Positions 8,722 to 15,937 of a stretch of DNA of 64,000 bases are shown piece by piece. The notes beneath the pieces were generated by a model that made no database searches, was not told where the DNA came from, and saw only the letters and a list, made by a program, of their open reading frames with translations. This DNA comes from a virus. The position numbers and the translations under genes were made by a program. The DNA is taken from positions 403 through 64,402 of IMG/VR virus record IMGVR_UViG_3300045988_081377; one strand, 5' to 3'. The stretch's first letter is position 1; each line of letters opens with the position of its first letter.

Positions 8722-9466
8722 TATCTTAGCAGAACTTAAGAAACCTTTTGCGCCAGAGGATATTGAATGGCGTGTACAGAAACGGTCTAAGGATAAACAG
8801 AGAGGTTTGGCATTGGCATACGTAACAGCCCGTGCAGCACAGGAACGGCTGGACTCCCTTATTACAAAGGGTCTTATTATCAGTTGGAACGCTAATTATA
8901 AATCTGTTGACATGGGGACAACCCCACAGTATCGTAACGGAGCGGAAGTACAAATTCCGATTAAGGGGTTCTTATGTACGATTGCACTAACCATTAGTGA
9001 TACGTTGACAATTGCTCGTTCTGATGGAGCTAACTGTACAGACTTCGAGCCGTTTAAGGGTGGTGTTTCTGGTGCGTTTAAGCGTGCGGCATCAGCTTGG
9101 GGTATTGGCAGATACCTGTATAACCTTGATACGCCGTGGGTTCCTATTGACCAGTATGGTAACATTGTACGTAAACCTAATCTTCCGGTATGGGCGTTGC
9201 CAGAGGGATACGTAAGCAAGAACACCACGCAGGATGAATTGGTATCAGTGGCTGATGATATGGCTACTGTCGATGACACTCCGTTCACTCCGGAAGATGA
9301 CAGACCTGCTAACAATAACCGTTTGGTTATTCCCGTTGGTAAGTATAAGGGTAAGGACGTATCAGAGATTACCGATAAGGGCTGGATTGAATGGGCTATC
9401 GCTAACATGAAACGCCTGTCACCTGAATTAAGAGAGGCACTCACACAAAGACTTTCTGTTTTATAA
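8693..9466 (+). CDS. Rad52/Sak-like single-strand annealing protein (tentative)
   Basis: 'PFAPEDIEWRVQ', 'ALAYVTARAAQERLDSL' and 'KGGVSGAFKRAASAWGIGRYLY' match the Rad52-family pattern (Y..ar.v...Ln; K.A.tDA.KRa...fGig..LY). It sits in a recombination-gene context. Confidence 0.5.
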   Translation: MNDMTKQLNDILAELKKPFAPEDIEWRVQKRSKDKQRGLALAYVTARAAQERLDSLITKGLIISWNANYKSVDMGTTPQYRNGAEVQIPIKGFLCTIALTISDTLTIARSDGANCTDFEPFKGGVSGAFKRAASAWGIGRYLYNLDTPWVPIDQYGNIVRKPNLPVWALPEGYVSKNTTQDELVSVADDMATVDDTPFTPEDDRPANNNRLVIPVGKYKGKDVSEITDKGWIEWAIANMKRLSPELREALTQRLSVL

Positions 9467-9476
9467 GGAGTAACAC

Positions 9477-11462
9477 GTGAATAATCTTGAAAGTATTATC
9501 AAAGCAAAGATAAACCTTGCAGACTACATCAGCAGGGACACCCCCTTAAAGAGGTTGGGCGGTACTTTCAGGGGTGCTTGTCCTATTCACGGTGGTGGTA
9601 ACGACAGCTCATTAGCTGTCTTTCCTACCAACACCTACTACTGTTTCTCTTGTGGTACCGGCGGGAATGTAATCAACTACGTGGCTGACAAAAATCATAT
9701 CTCATATGAAGAGGCTACCGAAAGACTTGCCGAAGAGTTGAATATCGACTACACACGCAGTAAAGATTACATGGAGCAGAAAGATATTATCCTTAGTTAT
9801 CGTAAGAGTATTAAGCAGGCACATGCTTTGTTGTTTGAAAACGACAGTCTGTTGAAATACCTTAAGGAGACACGTAAGATAACTGATGATACGCTGGAGC
9901 TATTCTCTATTGGTGCAGACCAAAAGGATGGCGGGGCTTTAGTTATTCCTATCTACAATCACAACGACCAGCCTGTGGGAGTAGCAAGGAGATACTTTAA
10001 CGGTCCTGTTAAGTACCGTAACAGTAAGAACAATGCCGTGTATGACAAGAGTCAAATACTCTACGGGCTAAACGTTGCCAGACGTAACCTTAAGGATACA
10101 CTGTATCTTGCAGAGGGATACTTTGATGTGATGGCTGCTAATCAGTTAGGGCTGCCTACCGCAGGTTACTGCGGGGCAGAAGTTGGAAGAGAACAGATTG
10201 CAGCCTTATCCAAAGTATTGCCGCCACATATCCGTATCGTGATTATCCCCGACCAAGACGAGGCTGGGCTTAGACATCTCGATAGGGTAAGGGAACGGTT
10301 TCAATCCTTAACGAGGTTTGAGGTGAGGGTGTTACCCCTGCCTGAAAAGGACATGGGGGATATGCTTTCCAAAGGTGTTAAGCTCCCAACGGATACGGTA
10401 CACGTAGATAAGTTTGTTCTGCTGTATAAGCTTAACAAGTGCAAGACCAAAGAGGAAGAGTATGAAGTCGCTAACGAGTTTATGAATACCGTCAGAAACA
10501 AAATGCTCAAGGCTGATTTGATTGACACACTTGCTGAACGCTGGCATCAGGACAAGCAAGACCTTAGGGATAACTTCCGTGTATCGAATGAGTCGGCGGT
10601 AAGTCTGCTTGATAACGTCAGTACACTTTATGATTGCGTACCTGCCCTTGACGAGCAGTATGAGAGGGGTACATACCCATGCGGTATCCATGGTATAGAT
10701 GAATGTATCGGCGGAGTATCAAGAGGACAAGTGGTTGTGTTTGGTGCATACTCAAGTTCAGGTAAGACTTCTTTCGTGATTGATTACATCATTAGTACAA
10801 TCAGGAAGAATAACCTAAACGTTGTATTCTTCTCTCAAGAGATGACCAAAGGACAGGTGCTTGAGTGGATACTTGCCAAGATGATACCGTGCAGGTTCTA
10901 TGAAGTCAGACAATACCTGCATGACACTGAACGCATTAGAGAAATCCTTAGCCTTATCAGTGAACATCTGCTTATCATAGATAAGAACGGACTCACTATG
11001 GATGAGGTTGAGGATACTATCACCGCTATCAACAGTAAGGGTCTCTTTAAGAATGGTAAGGTTGACCTCGTTGCCGTTGACTATCTCCAGTACATGAAAG
11101 GTACGGAAGAGTATTCAGTAGTGGCGCAGTATTCTAAGTCCATGAAGCGTATCGCCAAAGAAAAGGGTGTTATCTTTGTGATGTTGTCGCAGCTGAACAG
11201 GCAGAGTAATCAGTATGAAGAGCCATCTATTAACCTGCTTAAAGGTAGTGGTGACATAGAGGCATCCGCTGATTATATTATTCTTTTCTGGAGACCGGCA
11301 CAGCGTCCCGGTATAAGCCTTGAGAATGAAACAAAGTGGTTCAATATCACAAGGTTTAACATAGCTAAGATACGTGGGTATCAGATGGGTAGTCCAAAGT
11401 TTATGATGAAGTTTAATTCAAACACTTCACAGCTTGAAGAGTGTAAAGAGATAGGAGAGTAA
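9477..11462 (+). CDS. Bifunctional DnaG-type primase / DnaB-type replicative helicase
   Basis: CHC2 zinc finger 'CPIHGGGNDSSLAVF..YYCFSCGTGGNVINYV'. Toprim motifs 'AEGYFDVMA' and 'IIPDQDEAG'. Helicase motifs 'GAYSSSGKTS' (Walker A), 'LVAVDYLQ' and 'LSQLNRQ'. GTG start. Confidence 0.9.
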   Translation: MNNLESIIKAKINLADYISRDTPLKRLGGTFRGACPIHGGGNDSSLAVFPTNTYYCFSCGTGGNVINYVADKNHISYEEATERLAEELNIDYTRSKDYMEQKDIILSYRKSIKQAHALLFENDSLLKYLKETRKITDDTLELFSIGADQKDGGALVIPIYNHNDQPVGVARRYFNGPVKYRNSKNNAVYDKSQILYGLNVARRNLKDTLYLAEGYFDVMAANQLGLPTAGYCGAEVGREQIAALSKVLPPHIRIVIIPDQDEAGLRHLDRVRERFQSLTRFEVRVLPLPEKDMGDMLSKGVKLPTDTVHVDKFVLLYKLNKCKTKEEEYEVANEFMNTVRNKMLKADLIDTLAERWHQDKQDLRDNFRVSNESAVSLLDNVSTLYDCVPALDEQYERGTYPCGIHGIDECIGGVSRGQVVVFGAYSSSGKTSFVIDYIISTIRKNNLNVVFFSQEMTKGQVLEWILAKMIPCRFYEVRQYLHDTERIREILSLISEHLLIIDKNGLTMDEVEDTITAINSKGLFKNGKVDLVAVDYLQYMKGTEEYSVVAQYSKSMKRIAKEKGVIFVMLSQLNRQSNQYEEPSINLLKGSGDIEASADYIILFWRPAQRPGISLENETKWFNITRFNIAKIRGYQMGSPKFMMKFNSNTSQLEECKEIGE

Positions 11463-11463
11463 A

Positions 11464-12378
11464 ATGCCATTAACACATTTTATATGTCCGGATGGTAATA
11501 AGTGCGCAGTAAAAGAGTGCTTGACAAAGTGTAGATTGTGTGGTATAATAAATCCAGAAACTGGAGAGCCATGGGTTCCCTGCGGAAGGTGTCTTAGCAG
11601 GCGGGCGTTGCTCGCAGTAGCAGCCGAAAGGAGATGGACAGGAAAACCAAGTACGACGCAATTATTAAATGGTACTCTTGAGGAATACCTTAAGATAACC
11701 AAGCCTTATGCAGTTAATCCTATGCAGTCTGTGTTTGCTATACACGGTACGAATGTGCATAACGGATTAGAAGAGAACACCAAAGGTGAAGCACTGACAG
11801 AAGAAAGGTTAGACGATGGAGTCTCCACAGGTGCGTTCGATTACTTCGATGAAGAAGCGGTGCCTGAGAAAGACCACGGGTACTTGTATGATGATAAGAC
11901 TTACGGTTCATACAAGGCTGCTAAGGTATTAGGTGTGGTCAAACACAAAAGAAAAGTAGGCACGTACAAGAATGGTAAGGATAAGTTTGCCACCACGTAT
12001 TCATACGATGGGGTAAAGAGTTCAGGAAGACTCGATTTAGCTATACAACTTAACGATTACAGAATAAAACTTAAGAAGTGTCTTAACAAAACAGCTGATA
12101 AGATGATATGTGAAATGCTTGTCCGTGATGGTAATACGTACATAGCGGAAAGCCGTGGGATATTTGAGCCGGCTTACCTTGTAGAGATAAACAAGATATC
12201 AGACCACTGGATAAGCAAGTACATGAAAGCGAAGGCGGATAATCTTATCAAGGCTATTGATACAGGACAGTTTCCTAAGCAGTGTAGTTATCGTGAGCGT
12301 TGGGGCGGTATGAAGTGTGAACGTTTTTGCAACGTCAAAGACCACTGCCCTTACTTTGAAAGGAGTACACATGAATAA
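11464..12378 (+). CDS. PD-(D/E)XK nuclease with Cys cluster (Cas4/RecB-like exonuclease, tentative)
   Basis: N-terminal Cys residues plus C-terminal 'CERFCNVKDHCPYF' (C-x3-C-x5-C). Central 'YDDKTYGSYK' is consistent with D...(D/E)xK. It lies next to the primase-helicase and annealase. Confidence 0.45.
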   Translation: MPLTHFICPDGNKCAVKECLTKCRLCGIINPETGEPWVPCGRCLSRRALLAVAAERRWTGKPSTTQLLNGTLEEYLKITKPYAVNPMQSVFAIHGTNVHNGLEENTKGEALTEERLDDGVSTGAFDYFDEEAVPEKDHGYLYDDKTYGSYKAAKVLGVVKHKRKVGTYKNGKDKFATTYSYDGVKSSGRLDLAIQLNDYRIKLKKCLNKTADKMICEMLVRDGNTYIAESRGIFEPAYLVEINKISDHWISKYMKAKADNLIKAIDTGQFPKQCSYRERWGGMKCERFCNVKDHCPYFERSTHE

Positions 12379-12619
12379 AGACAATCAAAAGTTTGACAGA
12401 GCGGTATTAATTACACAGGTAGACAATGATGACGGAATGGAAATCAGTGTAAGGTCTACGGCTGACAGTAGCGATATCCGACTTCTGTTAATACTTGCGT
12501 TAGCCCGTGCCTACAATGTTCCACAGGAACGTGTACTTGAGTTCATGGAAGAGATTATTAAAATTTCAGTTGAGTTTTTGATGAAAGGAATTTTAGATGA
12601 AACAGGAAAAGCAAATTAA
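12371..12619 (+). CDS. Hypothetical protein (weak paralog of the next ORF)
   Basis: ATG at 12371 after 'AAAGGAG'. The track ORF starts earlier, inside the previous gene. Confidence 0.5.
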   Translation: MNKDNQKFDRAVLITQVDNDDGMEISVRSTADSSDIRLLLILALARAYNVPQERVLEFMEEIIKISVEFLMKGILDETGKAN

Positions 12620-12803
12620 CGGAGAGATTAAATTCAACATCACTACTGATAACGATGGTATTCATGTTAAGTACGACTCCGAGATAGATGACAAAGATGC
12701 TGCTGTTATTCTTTTTATGTGGATGTGTGACGGGCTTGGTATTAGCGAAGATGCTATGATGGAAGCTTTCGAGATAGTGCGGAAGAAGCAGAAAGGGGAG
12801 TAA
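12597..12803 (+). CDS. Hypothetical protein
   Basis: 68-aa ORF that overlaps the previous stop. Similar length and acidic/hydrophobic pattern to 12371..12619. Confidence 0.45.
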   Translation: MKQEKQINGEIKFNITTDNDGIHVKYDSEIDDKDAAVILFMWMCDGLGISEDAMMEAFEIVRKKQKGE

Positions 12804-12806
12804 CAG

Positions 12807-13133
12807 ATGGAACCGATAGTTAGCCCGTGGTTAGTTTATATTGTAGACAAAGCTGATGTCTTATACTCTATCTTTGCATTGCTTGCCGTCTTCTCAATTT
12901 GTGGTTTTATATTTGCTCTGATACCAATTGTCACAGAAGACTACATAGATGACGCAACAGAACGTACGCTTAAGAAAATAAAACGTATATCTATCGTGGT
13001 GTTTATTGTATCAATACTTGCTCTTGTGTTTGTTCCAAACAGCTACACGGCATACAAAATGTTAGGAGCATCTTACCTGACACCGGACAATGTCAATCAG
13101 GTAGTTGACACCATAAAAGGGTACGGCAAATGA
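12807..13133 (+). CDS. Membrane protein (2 TM segments)
   Basis: 'LYSIFALLAVFSICGFIFALIPIV' and 'ISIVVFIVSILALVFV'. Confidence 0.55.
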   Translation: MEPIVSPWLVYIVDKADVLYSIFALLAVFSICGFIFALIPIVTEDYIDDATERTLKKIKRISIVVFIVSILALVFVPNSYTAYKMLGASYLTPDNVNQVVDTIKGYGK

Positions 13134-13354
13134 TATTTAAGGTACAGTCGATGATGTTAGATGTAAAGCTAAATACTCGTTACGCTGTATCTAAACGGAA
13201 TGATAATAGGAGAAGGAATAAGATGGACGCCAAAGATAAAAAAATAAAAGAATTGGAAAAGGAATGTGAAGAACTGAACGCATGGATTGAGATACTGCAA
13301 GACACGATAGATGACCTGCACGATTATATTGACACTATTGACAATGATGATTAA
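13130..13354 (+). CDS. Small coiled-coil protein; start uncertain (13130 ATGA overlap, or 13223 after 'AGGAGAAGG')
   Basis: 'DKKIKELEKECEELNAWIEILQDTIDDLHDYIDTI'. Confidence 0.4.
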   Translation: MIFKVQSMMLDVKLNTRYAVSKRNDNRRRNKMDAKDKKIKELEKECEELNAWIEILQDTIDDLHDYIDTIDNDD

Positions 13355-13371
13355 AGAAAGGAAAATAACAA

Positions 13372-13758
13372 ATGTGTGAATGGCTTAAGAGTAGAGAGTA
13401 TGATTACGATGACACCGATGGTCTGTACAAACCAATGTGTATGGAGAAAGACACGGATGATTTCATCAGGTTTTCAAAACAGATAATGAAAGGCGTGTTC
13501 AAGAAGTTCAAGAAGAAGAATAAACAGTATGCCAGCAACAGAGTGCTGGATAACGTTAAGGAACAGACCCAACGCCGTGTGGGAGAAGAATACTCCGTTG
13601 ATGACGTATTCCATACCATCTTCATGCTTAAGGATAAGCACGAGATGACACTATTAAGAAAGGGGTTAGATGCCGGAGATGTAGAGGACAGAATAACAGA
13701 CTGTATTGTCTACGACTTGATGGCATTGTATCTGCTGCATGAGTTCTACGAGGCATGA
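13372..13758 (+). CDS. Hypothetical helical protein; possible DUF1599 / MazG-like nucleotide-associated domain
   Basis: 'KKKNKQYASN....DDVFHTIFMLKDKHEMTLLRKG....EDRITDCIVYDLMALYLL' resembles, from memory, the DUF1599 layout (K..DYG...i..Kl.Ri..l....e...D...Di.nYa.ia.l). Not verified. Confidence 0.3.
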   Translation: MCEWLKSREYDYDDTDGLYKPMCMEKDTDDFIRFSKQIMKGVFKKFKKKNKQYASNRVLDNVKEQTQRRVGEEYSVDDVFHTIFMLKDKHEMTLLRKGLDAGDVEDRITDCIVYDLMALYLLHEFYEA

Positions 13759-14299
13759 TAAAATCAAGAGCAAGCGGAAGAAAGACCCAGCACGCATAGC
13801 ATTAGGTAAGAAGAACAGGAGAAGCGGCAGGAACTTTGAACGCACTGTATATGCAAGGCTATCTGCGTTCGGATTGCCAGTGTATAAGACACCATTAAGC
13901 GGCGGGCTTAAGTCAACTGGCATCCTGCCTTTCCTGCACGACCATCTTGCTGGAGATTTGCAGATGGATATCAAAGAAGAGAAGTTCATCATAGAGTGTA
14001 AGCATACATCAACACACGATAAAATGTTCAGAGATATTGACAAGTATAAGTGTATACACTATCAAGGTTTCTGCCACGTCATGGACGATGATACGTTCCA
14101 AGACTTATTGTTCGGGCATGATGTATTAGGACTTGTCAAGGAAGATAAGACTAATAAGTGGCTGCACGACTTCTTCGAGCAGGACAAATGTCATATCGTT
14201 GTGATTGGTAAGAACTATATGGGCAACCTGTATTGCGTCCGTGATGATGTGATGGATAAGATTAAGGGCAGTTCTCAGTATAAGTACAAGAAAATTTAA
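13739..14299 (+). CDS. PD-(D/E)XK nuclease, Hjc/RecB-like Holliday-junction resolvase candidate
   Basis: 'GRNFERTVYARLSAFGLPVYKTPLSGG' followed by 'GDLQMD...KFIIECKHT' (G..FE ... D ... ExK). Confidence 0.5.
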   Translation: MSSTRHDKIKSKRKKDPARIALGKKNRRSGRNFERTVYARLSAFGLPVYKTPLSGGLKSTGILPFLHDHLAGDLQMDIKEEKFIIECKHTSTHDKMFRDIDKYKCIHYQGFCHVMDDDTFQDLLFGHDVLGLVKEDKTNKWLHDFFEQDKCHIVVIGKNYMGNLYCVRDDVMDKIKGSSQYKYKKI

Positions 14300-14310
14300 A
14301 GGAGACTATT

Positions 14311-14541
14311 ATGATTATTATTTCTGACAAAAAAAATAAAGTGATGGATGTTGTAGACGTTTACATTAAACCGCGCAAGGTATCCGGTGATGCCAACACA
14401 GAAGCTACCAAAGACTTCATGTTGATGGGGGTACCATACGGGATGAAAGACGGTCATATCCTTGGCGTGTATGAAACGTATGAAGAAGCACACCAGAAGC
14501 TTATGACAATTGCTAAGGAGTTTAATGCTTATGCCGTCTGA
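14311..14541 (+). CDS. Hypothetical protein
   Basis: 76-aa ORF with 'AAAGGAGA' upstream. Confidence 0.5.
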   Translation: MIIISDKKNKVMDVVDVYIKPRKVSGDANTEATKDFMLMGVPYGMKDGHILGVYETYEEAHQKLMTIAKEFNAYAV

Positions 14542-14860
14542 TTTACCAGAGGATATGCAAGCCACCTTATCTTCGGAAGAGGGTAGGGTGGCAGAACTCT
14601 TCCTTAATTCTCTTAAAGAGTTCGGTGAAGTGTACACTAACTATATTCATACACAGCTTATTGCTTGCCCTATTGAAAAGGTGGAGAACTACCGTGCTAT
14701 GTATCAAGTGCACGAAGCCCTCGTACAGTACCTACAAAGCAAGATACAAGATGGCAGAGATGCTAACATGATGCTCCGTCCTATGACAGAAGAGGAGCTT
14801 GGACATCTGGCTAACGATAGGGATTTCTACTCAAGGTTAGGAGATACTGATGATGGATAA
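14510..14860 (+). CDS. Hypothetical protein
   Basis: 116-aa ORF in the operon. Start uncertain. Confidence 0.45.
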   Translation: MLRSLMLMPSDLPEDMQATLSSEEGRVAELFLNSLKEFGEVYTNYIHTQLIACPIEKVENYRAMYQVHEALVQYLQSKIQDGRDANMMLRPMTEEELGHLANDRDFYSRLGDTDDG

Positions 14861-15323
14861 CGATATCTTTGTGCAGTTCAACAGGATTAAAGATGATTAT
14901 AAAATCCTGCAAGACACCGACATGAAAAGTGCTTACGATATTATGAAGCGTTCTTCTATTCTGTTGTACACTATTGAGGCAGAGGTAGCCAATTTATACA
15001 AGGAATTGCACGAGCAGGAACAGATAGCACAGGCTACTAAGGCACATGTGTCCAGCCTGCACTCTACCAAAGTTACGGTTGGAGATAGGTACGCTGATGC
15101 AGAAGAGTCTGTAATGGCAGAAGTAACTAAGGTGGGAAAGATAAAGGAAGCTATCCGTCTCACCGAAGCAGCTATGAAGTTCTTACAGCGTACATACTTT
15201 GATACAAAGAACATTGCAAGTACCAGCCGCAAAGAGTTTAAGTACGATGCAGAAGATATTCAGGGATACAATCAAAACAGAAAAGACTGGAAGAGTTCTC
15301 GTGATAATTTAATGGTGAGGTGA
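14850..15323 (+). CDS. Hypothetical helical protein
   Basis: 157-aa ORF, predicted helical/coiled. No motif recognised. Confidence 0.5.
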   Translation: MMDNDIFVQFNRIKDDYKILQDTDMKSAYDIMKRSSILLYTIEAEVANLYKELHEQEQIAQATKAHVSSLHSTKVTVGDRYADAEESVMAEVTKVGKIKEAIRLTEAAMKFLQRTYFDTKNIASTSRKEFKYDAEDIQGYNQNRKDWKSSRDNLMVR

Positions 15324-15325
15324 TT

Positions 15326-15499
15326 ATGAGTAAGGTTATAGGTGTAGTTTTAAATGTACTCGCTTGTATTATTGGGTTTTTATTGGGTGCGGTCTGTACC
15401 ATAGCGTTGGCTACATTGCGTGTTGTTCAAATATGTATCGCACTTATCTTAACGCCGATAGTATATCTGATTAGACAGATGAAATGGATAGCCAGGTAA
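15326..15499 (+). CDS. Small membrane protein (57 aa, below the ORF-track cutoff)
   Basis: ATG at 15326 after 'GGTGAGGTGA'. 'VIGVVLNVLACIIGFLLGAVCTIALATL..'. TAA at 15497-15499. Confidence 0.45.
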   Translation: MSKVIGVVLNVLACIIGFLLGAVCTIALATLRVVQICIALILTPIVYLIRQMKWIAR

Positions 15500-15501
15500 T
15501 C

Positions 15502-15645
15502 ATGAAAGAAACATTATTGATGATAGTAGCGGGCGGAGTATTTGCCTCGTTGATGACGGTGGTTATACTTTGTTTTGCACTATGTACGTTTGTTAATTTG
15601 AAAAGGAAGAGAGACAATGCCAACAGCAAAAAAGACAACGAGTAG
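15502..15645 (+). CDS. Small membrane protein (47 aa, below the ORF-track cutoff)
   Basis: ATG at 15502. 'LLMIVAGGVFASLMTVVILCFALCTFV' followed by a basic tail. Confidence 0.4.
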   Translation: MKETLLMIVAGGVFASLMTVVILCFALCTFVNLKRKRDNANSKKDNE

Positions 15646-15934
15646 AAAGACAGCACCGAGGAAAACACCGGTAAAGTGTGAGCCTGAAAGTGAAGTAGTA
15701 CACAATAATGAGGTAGAGGAACAGGCAGAAGAACGTGTAAACCCCATCTTACATGGGTACATTGTAGTTATCTTTGACCGCAATGGTAGCCCCCGTGGTG
15801 CAGGGTATAGCCCAACACATGACGGCGCTGTCGACATAATCAATAAAAGCATCCAACCCACAGACAGCAGGGCGCACATCTATCCGCTGCCTCATACACA
15901 GGATAACATTTACGTTTATAAGTACAAGGGGTGA
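15617..15934 (+). CDS. Hypothetical protein with basic N-terminus
   Basis: 105-aa ORF with 'AAAAGGAAGAGAG' upstream. Confidence 0.5.
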   Translation: MPTAKKTTSRKTAPRKTPVKCEPESEVVHNNEVEEQAEERVNPILHGYIVVIFDRNGSPRGAGYSPTHDGAVDIINKSIQPTDSRAHIYPLPHTQDNIYVYKYKG

Positions 15935-15937
15935 GAT

